Notes under the pieces: model-generated
Seen by the model: only the letters and a program-made list of their open reading frames with translations
Database searches by the model: none
What the model was told of the DNA's origin: nothing
In this document: in pieces, positions 26,009-38,204 of the stretch
Position numbering within the stretch: position 1 is the first letter of the stretch
Layout of the letters: every line of letters starts with the position of its first letter
Translations under genes and position numbers: made by a program
Origin: Eledone cirrhosa
Taxonomy: Eukaryota
DNA length: 64,000 nt
NCBI GenBank assembly: GCA_964016885.1
Contig: OZ024740.1
Span: 88,040,001 to 88,104,000 of the forward strand
Direction of reading: 5' to 3'

Positions 26009-27360
26009 AGTTGCATTTATCTTGCTTTATGTTCATACGAGTTATCACCAAGTCATAACCAGTGACCTCAAGAGACAACAAGGTCCGCCATGTTCAAGAA
26101 AGAACATACATACTCACACATGCATCTTTAGTGTTTAGACTTGTGATGTACTTATATTGACAGAATCTTCCTTAGTATATGGGCAGTTCCCATTAGTACT
26201 ATTTTTCGTATTTCTCCTATACGCGGGTTTCCTGGGATTTGCGATAAGTAATCATTAGACCCCTTAGGTATCATTCCCAGAGCGCCTACAACCACTGGTA
26301 TTGTTTTAGTTCTCAATTTCCACATTTTTCCAATTTCTATCTCCAGGTCCTTATACTTGCTCAATTTTTCAAATGTTTTTATAGATACATTCTTGTCTAT
26401 TGGAACAGACATATCAATTAGCAGGCATACCCTCTTTTTGAAGTCCTTCAATATTATATCAGGTCTATTTGCATCTATTTTTCGGTCTGTTTGGATGCTA
26501 AAGTTCCACAAGATTGAGATGTGATCTTTTTCAAGTATGGGAGGTGGTTGATATTCCCACCAATTCTTTTGATGGGGCAGGTCAAAATGCTTACGCATTA
26601 TCCAATGTATGTATTGTGCAGCTCTGTCATGCCTGTTTAGGTATTCGGTTGGAGCTATAGGACTGCACATTGAAATTATATGGTCAATGGTCTTTTGTTG
26701 TTTTTTGCATACACGGCATAATGGGCTGCATCCATTTTTTATTATGTTGGCTTGGTAATTTTTTGTTGGCAGACACTGATCTTGTGCTGATATAATCAGT
26801 CCTTCAGTCTCCGATTTCAGTCCAGAGGATGCCAACCACTGATGGGTTAAAGTTTTGTCAACATCAGGATTGTTAGCTCGCTCTGGGTATTTTCCATACA
26901 GAGGCTTTTCTTGCCATTTCTTAACCAGTTTCTGTAGCAGTTCTTTCTTTGCAGTTACTTTTAGCTGCTTTGCTTTTTCTGTGTTTTCCATTTCAGCAGT
27001 AAATGGGACTTCTGAAATTTGTAGTCCATTACTGTATCTTTGTGCATCTTTTGTAATGGAATATGATCTTTTGATGCTTTCGTGTTTCAAAACGAGTTTG
27101 ATCATCCAATCATGTGATTCCCTTAGATATGTAGATAATCCAATTGTTGCAGTTTTCAACGCAATGTCTAACTGGATTAACCCACGTCCTCCTTCTTTCC
27201 TAGGGAGATATATTCTATCTATATCTGCCTTAGGGTGATGCATTCTGTGCATGGTTAAGAGTTTTCGAATTTTTGTATCGAGCCTACGGATCTCTGTGCT
27301 TGACCAGTTGATGACATTGTAACTGTAGATTACTACTGGTATGGTAAGCGTGTTTATGGC
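26007..27360 (-). mobile_element. Family B RLE element, 5'-truncated
   Basis: Open 366-aa ORF 26152-27252 with CCHC + RLE; near-identical inverted copy of 23988-25244. Confidence 0.94.
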
Positions 27361-27603
27361 ATTTATTATTATTATTATTATTATTGAATGCTATGGTTGA
27401 CGGAGGCTCGGCTCTGTAAGGTATTGTAAATTTTGAACACTATAACAATTGTAAATTGTTTAAAACTTTAACGAACTTGTAGACAAAAACACCCTCCTCC
27501 TCGTGAGAGGGGTCTTTCTGCCCGTTATTTGGCCCTTCGGGGTTAAATAACTGCTTATTGGGGTTTTGTACCCAATATTTATTTTAAACAAAAAAAAAAC
27601 AAC

Positions 27604-29672
27604 ATGGCTACGAAAAAGAAATTTCATAGGTCACACCCACTCATTCTGTCTTCTTCTTCCTCAATCATCACTACAGCAGAGAGAAGATTGTCTCTCTCCC
27701 TCCCTTCTTTAAATGTGTCTCTCTCCCTCCCTTCTCTTTCGCAAGCGACGAAAGAAAAGAAAAGTCTCGTGCAAAGCGTGCAAGGTTTCTCCACGACGAC
27801 GACAGCGACGAAACAGGTGTGCGGGAAATACGAAAACCCAGTTCATTCGTCTGACGTCAGGAATAATAGCAGTAGCAGCCGTAATAACAACAGCAACGGT
27901 GACATTGAAAACAACAGTAGCAGCCGCAACAGCATCACCAGCAGCATAAACAACAACAGCATTAGCAGCAGCAACACCAACAACAACCACAGCAACAGCG
28001 GTGGAGGCAGTAGTCGTAGTACCTGCAGCAACAACAAAAGTAACAGCAGCTCTGACGACAACAACAACAACAGCAGCAAAGAAAAACCAATCTCATTTGC
28101 AGGTATTGCGAAAAACTTGGAAACAATCCTCATAACAAATGAGGAATTAGAGGAAGCGAAGAAGATGGTGACAAAGAATGGACACCGAGCAATCTGCAAG
28201 GCAGCGGAAAAATTTTCGAAACCCAACAGCACTGTACGGTCACGTACCGTACAGTAAGTACAAAATCCCGTAGGGTGGAAAGAGCCACAGAGGCTCAAAT
28301 ACAAAAAGCCTTGGGGTCTGTGTGGCAGCGGAAAACGCACATCACCCGAGGCAAAAAATATGCCACCGTAGACGTACTATTTGCCACACCCCAGGAGGCA
28401 AAGGCCCAATCCGTAGTGTCCCTAAGCAGCGAGGAAATGGTGTTGGTGCCCTCCTACTGCGGGCAAAAAATTGTGAGGGTCAAACTGACCCCCCCCCCCG
28501 AATGGCCCCTTCTTGGCTGGCCGCGTCTGTCCTCGTCGGAATCGAGGACAAAACAACTGTACTGCAAGTACAGAAAAAAGTAAGAGAAGATTGGGTCGGC
28601 ACCTCCATTGAGATGCTAATCCAAACCAACCAGGAGTGCATCGAAGCTATCCCGGATGTGATAGACTTCGATAACGGCACTCAACTGCCCATAAGTGTTG
28701 AAGGAAAACGCCCGAAATGCTTTCGCTGTGGATCGAAGACTCACACTGAGAAAGGAGAAAACCCCCCTCCTTCCGAAACCGGCTTCACGGCTACCAGCAA
28801 CAGGACAAGCGCCAACCAGGAACGATAGGTCCGTGGCACCCATACCCACGCCACGGAAATCAAAAACAGCAGCAGCAGTGGAAATATTAACAACAACAAC
28901 AGCAATACCAAATGCAGCTGCAACAAAGACTCCAGTGCAAACATCACCAACAACAACAAGTGAAAGAGTGGAGCTGGTACCCCTCCCCGACCTCACAGAA
29001 TCAGACATGGAGTGTGTGGTGGGAGAGGGATGGCAAAAGGTCGTAAGAAGGCACAAACGCAGAAGCAGCGCATCGTCGCCTTTGAAAAGGGAGGAAAGAA
29101 ATGAGAAAAGGGTAAAGTCTACTGCAAAGAGATCCACAGCAGCAACACCACCAACACCATCACCACCCACACTAGCACCACCATCACCACCGGCGACAAC
29201 CCCACCGCCAACAACACCTTCAACACCACCACCACAAGCACCAACATCGCAAACACAACAACAAAACACACACACCCAGCAACAACGACAAGAAAATAGC
29301 AGAACCACACCCCACCCCCAGAAAAACAAATGCACGGCAATAAATACACACAACAAGAAACTAATGACTAACATAATTGAACACACAGACATTTCACAAC
29401 ACGACTACATAATACCAGCACCAATCAAAACGCCAACTAACATAAGACTGCTAAAAATAGCACAGAAACAATACACAAACATTAAAACGAAATTCCCCAA
29501 CGCAGTTGGTGATTTCAGGGACCTAGGAGGAACCATCAATCGAAGAGTATATTCAGACATTCTCTTAGAAGAGCCGACGACCAGCCGAAGGGACGATTCA
29601 ACGGTCCCTTCACCAGACGATCAAGTGAAAAGGGATGTAAAAACCATCCCTTCTCTACCAAAAGTACGGTAA
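27604..29672 (+). pseudogene. Tx1 ORF1 (gag-like) with a stop and frameshifts
   Basis: ORF pieces 27604-28257, 28275-28583, 28322-28828 and 28695-29672; SFAG motif, EGKRPKCFRCGSKTH zinc knuckle, GWQKV motif, S/N- and P/T-rich tracts. Confidence 0.8.
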
Positions 29673-29707
29673 GTGGTCTTTCCCATCTTTTCCACTCTAT
29701 TTTAAAC

Positions 29708-32700
29708 ATGACCTCACTCAGAATAGGCAGCATAAATGCGCGTGGCTTGGGGTCGTCATGGAAGCAGGGTCACCTGCTCAACGACCTCAGGTCACTAAAC
29801 ATAGATGTAGTGGCCATCAGCGAGACCAGAATCTCCGAAGCACGGGCCTTCGCACCGATCTTCGGCGGCTACGATGTGTACGCATCTCCCAGCCGTCCTG
29901 GATCGGGTGGAGGAGTTGCTGTGCTTTTTCGGAGAGGTTTGGATCTCGCCATACGGGCCATCTTCCTGGACCCAGAGGGTAAGCTGGTGGTGCTGGACGT
30001 GACCAGCGGAGACGGGCAAGCTTTCAGGCTAGTGGCCGTCTATGCCCCGACAGGAGCAGGGCGGCCTGATTTCTTCCGGCGTCTGGAGACCTTTCTTGGA
30101 ACGTCCCGCTCTTTAGTGTTAGTGGGCGACTGGAACGGGATCTTCGATGCACGCTGGGACTGTGTGGGATTAGCGGATAGGGGTGGAGGGTGCAAGAGCC
30201 TCACCAACCTGCTCAGGCGTTTTGAACTGTCTGACAGGTACCGATTGGATTTCCCGAATGTGCCAATGTGGACTTGGACAAACCGCATAGGGTCATCCAG
30301 ATCATATCTAGATAGAGTATTTTGTAGGGAAATAGATAGGTCTAGCATAGGCTGTCCACAATTCAAGATAGTCAGCTACACGGACCACAAATTCGTGACC
30401 TGTGTGCTTGACTTAGATAGGCTTCATAGACGAGGACCCGGCTACTGGAAGCTAAACGCATCCTTACCAGCGCGCAAGGCCTACAGAGACCGGATTAGCG
30501 AACTAGTTAAGCGGGCGTTGACGGGGGCCATCGTCAACAACAAGTGGTGGTTTGCTCTGAAAAGAGCGATTAGAATAGAATCGATTAGGTTTAGTAAGGC
30601 TTTAGCAATAGAGAAAAATAGAGCAGAGGGAGAACTAGTTAGAAAATTAGACGAGGCGCTTAGCAAAGGCATTGCGACCGACGTGCTTGCGGCGAAATTG
30701 GCCCTTGACCAATTCTTCAATGCAAAGCACGAAGGCTGCGTTGTCAGAGCTAGGGTGCGTGCTCTCAGACACGAGGGGACGAAAGCCGTTCAATGGGCCC
30801 GAGTGGCGGAGGCGCGTCGTGGCAACAAAGCCACGATCCGGTCTTTGGTGGACCACGACGGGCGCATGCTACTCGATCCCGGGCAAATGTGTGAAGCTTT
30901 TCAGCGACACTTCGCTCAGCTGTTCGGGGGCAGCGGGGGGCCGGGTAGAGGGATGGACTTTAGTGTCTACCTCGACGGACTGCCGCGGCTCTCGGCCACT
31001 GAGGCGAAGTGTTGCGAAAAGCCGATAACAGCCGCTGAAGTAAGGGAGGCAATGACTGGCTGCACAAGGGGTAAATCGCCTGGTTTGGATGGTCTGCCCT
31101 ATGAACTTTACGTACAGATGCCAGACTTGTTCGGAGGCCTCTTGGCGGACGTCTACTGCAACTGGCAACAGAACGGGAGAATTCCCAGTTCTGTGAGCCG
31201 AGGAGCGGTGGCACTGCTGAGAAAGGATCCGAACAAGGGGGATAACATAGACAATTTCCGGCCCATAACTCTGCTAAACACAGAGTTTAAGATTTTGGCC
31301 AAGGTGCTAGCAAAGAGGTTGGCGCTTGTCGTTGGTGGTCTGGTGGGAGAGGCGCAGACATGCGCCATTCCCGACAGATCCATCCACGACAACCTCCACC
31401 TCATGCGATACATCGTAGAGAGGGTAGCTAGGGAACCTGGCACGGGTGGGTCCTTGATCAATTTAGATCAGTCGAAAGCTTTCAATAGGGTCGACCATCG
31501 TTACCTAGCGGCAGTCCTGAGGGCGGCTGGCTTTGGGCCCGTCTTCAGAGGCTGGATCGCTGCCATGCACAGCGACATCTGCTCTGTGGTGAGAGTGAAC
31601 GGTCACCTGTCGGAACCGTTCAACATCATGCGCTCGGTCCGCCAAGGATGTCCCCTCTCGTCCCTCTTGTACGTATTGACGCTCGAGCCATTACTGCACA
31701 AACTGGAGACGTTGAGGGGAGTCCCGCGCGAACTAGGATGCGGAAGATCCGTGTCAGCATATGCGGACGATGTCACCGTAGTGGTGTCGAACGCCAAACA
31801 CATCGAGGCGATCGGCACTACACTAAGAGAATACGAAGCGGTGACAGGAGCAATGATCAACCAGGAAAAGTCAGTGGGCCTGCAGCTCGGCACCTGGAGA
31901 GGCAGGTCCATGCCGTCCAACAGCGTCGTCGGGCGCTGGACGGACGGACCGGTTAAACTGCTAGGGGTCTGGTTCGGTCCGGACCTCCAGACGGACAAAA
32001 ACTGGGACGAGGTGACGAGCAGGGTGGCTTCTCTCACCCAGAAATGGGCGGAGAGGAAGCTATCCCTGAAAGGTCGAGCGGAGGTGGCTAACGCGTACAT
32101 CGCGTCTGTCATCTGCTACCGCCTAACCGTCGTACCTTGTCCTAAGCCTCGCCTGACTGCGCTGGAGCGTTTGCTCTTTCGCTTTTTGTGGAAGGGACGT
32201 GCTCCGATGGTCAGGCGGTCCATCTGTTGTCAACACCCGCTACGTGGAGGGCTGGGCATGCCGTGGCTGATGATGCGCAGGCACGCGCTCAGGCTACGAC
32301 ACCTCCACCTCTTCCTCGACGGTGATCAGGTGTGGTCGCCGTTTGCTAGACGCGTTTTTCCCCAGCTCGTTTCCTTGACGGAGCTGCAGTCCTGGGTCAA
32401 GCGAAGACCGAGAGGGAGCGCCTGGAGACTGGAATGTCTTCAGGCGCTCACAGCCCTCGACCAATCGGGCAATGTGATCGGTGGAAACTCCACTTCGGCG
32501 TTCTATAGAGGATTAGTTGAGGGGAAGAGCGACGACGTACTTGGGGAAACTCTAGGCGTCGATGAAAATCAACTAGCCAATCTCTTCGGAAGAACTTTCG
32601 GGCCAGGGCCTATGGACAACTTCCAGAAATCTCTGGCCTGGCAGTGCTACCGAGGAGCCTTGCCAGTTCGGGATAAACTCTACAGGCATGGAGGTGCCGT

Positions 32701-33127
32701 CAGCCGGGCATGTCCGAGATGCGCGCAGGGCGACGAAACCGTCCTGCACGCACTCGTCCAGTGTCCGAAAATTGCTGACTTGTGGGTTTATGTCGAACAC
32801 CTGCTGTCGCGTTTAGGACGGATCCAGCTATCATCTGAGTCTATCGTGAGGATTGCCCCGCCCTCCTCCTTTAGCCGGGAAGGGCAGGCAGTTTTTATCT
32901 GTCTGGTGGCCATGGCGAAAGAGATAGTATGGTGGACACGTTTGAAAGGGCTGAAGACGAGCACTTACCTCTTCGGTGATGCTCTGATTGACTTTTTCAA
33001 ATTTCATTTGAAAAGGAAAATCAGAGTAGAGAAGGAAGTGCTCTCTTCCCAGCATTTTGTTGAAAGATGGGTGAGAGAAGCAAGAATGGCCCGAGTGAAT
33101 GGGCCGACTCTGAGTATATATCTGTAA
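29708..33127 (+). CDS. Tx1 ORF2: AP endonuclease + reverse transcriptase + C-terminal zinc finger
   Basis: Uninterrupted 1139 aa: SINARGL, ISET, VYAP, GDWN, YLDR, TDH; GKSPGLDG, NFRPITLLN, LDQSKAF, VRQGCPLS, AYADD; CPRC..ETVLHAL..C. Confidence 0.96.
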   Translation: MTSLRIGSINARGLGSSWKQGHLLNDLRSLNIDVVAISETRISEARAFAPIFGGYDVYASPSRPGSGGGVAVLFRRGLDLAIRAIFLDPEGKLVVLDVTSGDGQAFRLVAVYAPTGAGRPDFFRRLETFLGTSRSLVLVGDWNGIFDARWDCVGLADRGGGCKSLTNLLRRFELSDRYRLDFPNVPMWTWTNRIGSSRSYLDRVFCREIDRSSIGCPQFKIVSYTDHKFVTCVLDLDRLHRRGPGYWKLNASLPARKAYRDRISELVKRALTGAIVNNKWWFALKRAIRIESIRFSKALAIEKNRAEGELVRKLDEALSKGIATDVLAAKLALDQFFNAKHEGCVVRARVRALRHEGTKAVQWARVAEARRGNKATIRSLVDHDGRMLLDPGQMCEAFQRHFAQLFGGSGGPGRGMDFSVYLDGLPRLSATEAKCCEKPITAAEVREAMTGCTRGKSPGLDGLPYELYVQMPDLFGGLLADVYCNWQQNGRIPSSVSRGAVALLRKDPNKGDNIDNFRPITLLNTEFKILAKVLAKRLALVVGGLVGEAQTCAIPDRSIHDNLHLMRYIVERVAREPGTGGSLINLDQSKAFNRVDHRYLAAVLRAAGFGPVFRGWIAAMHSDICSVVRVNGHLSEPFNIMRSVRQGCPLSSLLYVLTLEPLLHKLETLRGVPRELGCGRSVSAYADDVTVVVSNAKHIEAIGTTLREYEAVTGAMINQEKSVGLQLGTWRGRSMPSNSVVGRWTDGPVKLLGVWFGPDLQTDKNWDEVTSRVASLTQKWAERKLSLKGRAEVANAYIASVICYRLTVVPCPKPRLTALERLLFRFLWKGRAPMVRRSICCQHPLRGGLGMPWLMMRRHALRLRHLHLFLDGDQVWSPFARRVFPQLVSLTELQSWVKRRPRGSAWRLECLQALTALDQSGNVIGGNSTSAFYRGLVEGKSDDVLGETLGVDENQLANLFGRTFGPGPMDNFQKSLAWQCYRGALPVRDKLYRHGGAVSRACPRCAQGDETVLHALVQCPKIADLWVYVEHLLSRLGRIQLSSESIVRIAPPSSFSREGQAVFICLVAMAKEIVWWTRLKGLKTSTYLFGDALIDFFKFHLKRKIRVEKEVLSSQHFVERWVREARMARVNGPTLSIYL

Positions 33128-33388
33128 ACTAAAGGTGGAAAACTGGGAGAGGGCACTTGCCATGGTGGTCAGGGTCATTGTGGCTTTTTACTGGGCTTTC
33201 TCCACAAATGTCCCTCCGAAGTCTCCCCCCTATTGGGGAATTTTTCATTGTTATTTTCATTGTTATTTTTGTTACATCCTCTGTTTTTGTTTTTTTTACA
33301 CGCAGAAATGCCCATTTGTACCGTCCTGCTTTGTCCTGCACTGTCCTTAATGTCTACTTTATGTAAACCCTTGTGGTTAATAAAGAAA

Positions 33389-33436
<48 letters not shown>

Positions 33437-33438
<2 letters not shown>

Positions 33439-36400
33439 AGTCTGTTCGGACGTCTTTTTTGCTCGCTCCCAGTAAGTCGCTTTATTTACCTGTTATAATT
33501 ATTTGTTGTTAAATGTTTCTTGTTGTGTAAGGGATATAAGCCCTTGGACTTTGACCTGTGAAGGGGAAAGCATAATATTTGGGCCTCTTGGCCCAAATAT
33601 CTGAACAATAATTGAACATTTTACTTTTGAAAAAAAAAAAAAAAAAAAAAACATGGCTGAGCCACGGTCCCAGCAATATGTCTGCTGTCGTGTGACAACG
33701 GCGAAAAAGTTGAGAGGAGGGTTAGTGAAATTCATACAACAAACACCACCACAAACAACGTGAACAAAGACAACAACACTGAAAAAAAAATTACCACACC
33801 AACTCCAACAATAACAGCGTCAACCAAAACAGGCAACAGAAAAAAATGAAAACCCCTTAGCTTCACCCTCCGAAAGCGAAGGCAAACAAAGAGGGGGTAA
33901 AAGGCTGCAAGGAGACTTTCAGCAACACCACCACCATCACCATCAGCACCACAAGCACCACCACCAACAACAACCACACCATCACCAGCATCACCAAAAA
34001 CACCAACATCGCAAACACAACAAAACACACACACCCAACAGCAACAACAAGAAAACGGCAACAAAATCACCCGCCACCCCACCAAAAAAAGTACACAGCC
34101 ATAAACATGGCAAATAAAGAACTCTTACAACATATAAGGCAGCACACAGACATCACAGACAGAAAAAAACTACCACACCCCACCAACACCAAGAACTCTC
34201 CCGACAAACATAAACATCATTGAAATCAAAACAGAACATTACAAACTTTTAAAACAAAAATTCCCCAACGCTGTTGGAGACTTCAGAGGGTCGGTTACCA
34301 AGAGGATATACACCGACATCCTCTTGGAAACACCCATGACCACCCTTCACCACACAATCAAGGTAAGTGATCCTTTCTCACTTACCTAGTTTCTCATTCA
34401 ACATGGCCGTACTTAGAATAGGCAGTATAAATGTACGTGTCCTGGGGTCATCTTGGAAGCAGGGTCACCTGCTCAACGACCTCAGGTCACTAAACATACA
34501 TGTGGTGGCCATCAGCGAGACCAACATTTTCGAAGCACGAACCTTCGCACCGATCTTCGGCGGTTACGATGTATACGCATCTCCCAGCCGTCCAGGATCG
34601 GGGGAGGGGTTGCCGTGCTTTTTCGGAGAGGCTTGGACCCAGAAGGTAAATAGGTGGTACTGGACGTGACCGGCAGCGAAGGCAATGCTTTCAGGCTAGT
34701 AGCCGTCTACGCCCCGACAGGGGCAGCACGGCCAGATTTCTTCAGACGTCTAGAGACCTTTCTTGGAACGTCCCGCTCTTTAGTGTTAGTGGGTGACTGG
34801 AACGGTATCTTAGATGCACGCTGAGATTACGTGGGGCTAGTAGACAGGGCGGGAGGGTGTAAAAGCCTCACCAACCTGCTCAGACGTTTTGAATTGCCTG
34901 ACAGGTATAGACTGGATTATCCGAATATGCCAATGTAGACATGGGCAAACCGCATCGGGTCATCCAGATCGTATTTAGATAGGGTATTCTGTAGGGAAAC
35001 AGATAAGGCTAGTGTAGGTTGTCCACAATTTAAAGTAGTCGACTACACGGACCAAAAATGTGTGATCTGTGAAGTTGACTTAGATAGACTCCATAGGCAA
35101 GGGCCCGGCTACTGGAAGCTGAACGCGTCGTTCCCGGCGCGCAAAGCTTACAGAGACAGGATTAGCGAATTAGTTAATCGTGCGTTGACGGGTGCGATCG
35201 TCAACAACAGGTGGTGGTTTACCCTGAAAAGGGCTATTAAAGTAGAATCGATACTCCAAAAAAGTAGTGATAGATTAGAGGGAGAGTTAGTTAGAAAGCT
35301 AGAAGAGGCGTTTAGGACAGGCATCGCAACCGACGTGCTTGCGGCGAGATTGGTACTCGACCAATTCTTCAACGCAAAGCATGAATGCTGTGTTGTCAGA
35401 GCTAGAGCGCGTGCTCTAAGACACGAGGGGACGAAAGCTGTTCAATGGGCCCGGGTGGTGGAGGCGCGAGGTGGGAACAAGTCCACAATTCGCTCTTTGC
35501 CTGATCAAAACGGGCGCATGTTGCTCGAACCCGAGCAGATGTGTGCGGCTTTTGAACAGTACTTTGCTCAATTGTTCGGGAGCGGCGTCGGGCCGAATCG
35601 GAGTATAGACTTCGGTGCATACCTCGACGGACTGTCGCGGCTCTCGACGACCGCAGGGCAGTGCTGCGAAAAGCCGATAACAGCAGGTGCACGAGGGGTA
35701 AATCTCCATGTTTGGATGGTTTGCCCTACGAGCTTTATGCATACATGCCAGACTTGTTCGGCGACCTCTTGGCAGATTTCTACTGCAACTGGCAGCAGAA
35801 CGGGAGCATTCCCAGTTTTGTGAGACGGGGAGCGTTATAGACAACTTCAGGCCCATAATTCTGCTAAACACAGAGATTAAGATTTTGGCCAAGGTGTTAG
35901 CAAAGAGATTGGCGCTTGTCGTCGGTAATCTGGTGGGAGAGGCGCATACATGCGCCATTCCGGACAGATCCATTCACGACAACCTCCATCTCATGCGATA
36001 CATCAGAGAGAGGGTGGTTGAGGAACCTGGCACGGGTGGGGCCCTGATCAACTTAGATCAATCTAAAGCATTTGATAAGGTTGACTATCGGTACCTGGCT
36101 GCGGTCCTCGAGGCGGCCGGCTTTGGGCCCATTGTTAGGGGCTGGATCGCTGCCATGCACAGCAACATCTGCTCGATTGTGAGAGTAAATGGTCACCTGT
36201 CGCAGCCTTTCAGCATCATGTGCTCGGTCCGCAAGGGTTTCCCCCTCTCGTCCCTCTTGCCGTCCCTCTTGCCGTTACTGCACAAATTGGGGACGATGAG
36301 TGGGGTCCCATCCGAACTGGGATGGGGAGATCCGTGTCAGCTTTCGCCGATGACGTCACCGTGGTAGTGTCGAGCACCAAATACGTCCAGATTCTCGGAA

Positions 36401-36683
36401 CCGCTCTCAAGGAATACGAAGCGGTGACCGAAGCAAAGATAAACCAGGAAAAGATAAACAAGGTGGGCTTGCAACTCGGCACCTGGAGAGGCAAGTCCAT
36501 ACCGTCCGACAGCGTCGTGGGGCGCTGGACAGATGGACCGGTTAAATTGCTCGGTGTCTCGTTCGGTCCGGACCTGCAGATGGAGAAAAACTGGAGCGAG
36601 GTGACAAGCAGGGTGGCCTCTCTCACCCAGAAATGGGCCGAGAGGAGGCTGTCTCTGAAAGGTCGGGCAGAGGTGGCGAATGC

Positions 36684-36685
<2 letters not shown>
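33437..36685 (+). mobile_element. Second Tx1-like LINE, degenerate, ORF1 internally deleted, 3'-truncated
   Basis: ORF2 pieces homologous to the 29708 copy from ATG ~34403 to GRAEVANAY, then running directly into (ATT/ATC)n 36686-36775. Confidence 0.92.
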
Positions 36686-36775
<90 letters not shown>

Positions 36776-36780
36776 GTGTT

Positions 36781-36972
36781 ATGGCGAAGGATTGGCAGTA
36801 TCGGTAGAGGGTCGGACGCCATGCTTTGACGCATAGAGTTACGGCTCTTACCATTCTGAGTTCAAATCCCGCCAAGTTTAACTTTGCCTTTCAGCCTTAC
36901 GAGGTCGATAAAATAAAGTACCAGTAATGCACTGGGATAATTGCTGGCCTTGTGCTAAAAATAGAAACAATT
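36781..36972 (+). mobile_element. Full-length tRNA-derived SINE
   Basis: TGGCAGTATCGG A-box-like, GAGTTCAAATCCC B-box, family core and tail. Confidence 0.9.
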
Positions 36973-36979
36973 TTTATAG

Positions 36980-38204
36980 TGTTATATCAAGCATATTGTC
37001 ACCAAGTACCTGGTACGTCGTAGCTGAGTCATCTCAGTTCAATACTTTGAGAGCGGACCTAGGAAGATGAAAAACGTGCCCCGCATGCACGATCCAACAG
37101 AGTTAGAAAGACACAAGCAGCATTTCATCCAGCGAATGCAGTTTCTGGATACATCCAAAGATAGTGGATCAGGCTTTGCCAAGGAACAAATGTGAAATTT
37201 AAAACCATCACAGAGAAAGATGTAAATGGCATTTCGCTCCTATACAGGAGCAAAGCAAAGAATAACATAGAAAGGACTAAGAGAAAGATAGGGAAAGTAA
37301 ACTAATGATATCACAACCAAAAATAAGTGTTATGTTCGTCGATTCTAGAGGAGATCTAATGTATTGTGTTAGGAGATACTTAAATAAATTGAATTTAAGA
37401 ATTAAAATGTCAGAAAAGCCAGTAGCTCCTATAATATCCACAATCATTAGGACCCTTATAAGAAAACCAACTCCATTGATAGAAATTGTATAGTGTGTAA
37501 GTTACGCCCGTAGGTAAATTGCAAAACTAGGAACGCTGTCTATGACATAATGTGTACAGAGAGCCTATGCAGAAACACAACCACATTTATAGCTGAGGCA
37601 GCCCGTAGTATAGGAGAGAAGATGAAGGGACACTGGTGAGAACTCAGAGAGAAGGTCTTCGCAGTGCTATACCAACATACCAAACTGGAACATTGGGGGT
37701 CAATAGATAACAATAAAGTAAAGATCCTATCCACACATAGAACCGATACAACACTCAGACAAATTAAGGAGGCCACGCAAATAACAGGAATTAGACCGAG
37801 CCATGACAGACAACACGATTAGAATAGTAACACCAAACGACAGAGGTGAAATTAGGACACATGAGACAAAAAAAAAAAATCATAGGAAAACACAAAGATA
37901 GAAATATACAAACACAACCAATCAAATAAGACACACAGTCATGTAAAATATGAGGACGCACTCACTGGTGCAGTAGTGAACCCATGCACTAACAAAGAAA
38001 CGTACCGCAAAAAAAGACAAGATAGAGTAAACAAAATAAGATAAAAAAGGGAAGGCAGAAAGGAAAGCAAATAGTTATTGAGGAGGTTGCAGAATGTGTT
38101 ACGAAAGAACTTTTAGGAACTAACGAATAGCTAATAATAACACTGAAGTTAAAAATCCATAAGTGCGTGAGTTTTCAAAGGGCGTTATTTTTATTGGTAA
38201 ATAT

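Larger units (their letters stand above)
27386..33390 (+). mobile_element. Full-length Tx1/L1-clade LINE inserted in (ATT)n
   Basis: 5' UTR, ORF1, ORF2 and 3' UTR ending AATAAAGAAATC; (ATT)n at 27361-27385 and 33391-33435. Confidence 0.95.

Noticed and set aside
27483-27570. HDV-like ribozyme in the Tx1 5' UTR (CTC-CTCCTCGT-GAG followed by a P4-like hairpin)
   Set aside because: No convincing P1 or P1.1 GG, and the L3 motif is not conserved in the second copy
19802-36775. Repeat-spacer appearance resembling CRISPR or telomere arrays
   Set aside because: Repeats are simple TAA runs and the spacers are retrotransposon fragments; eukaryotic context and no cas genes
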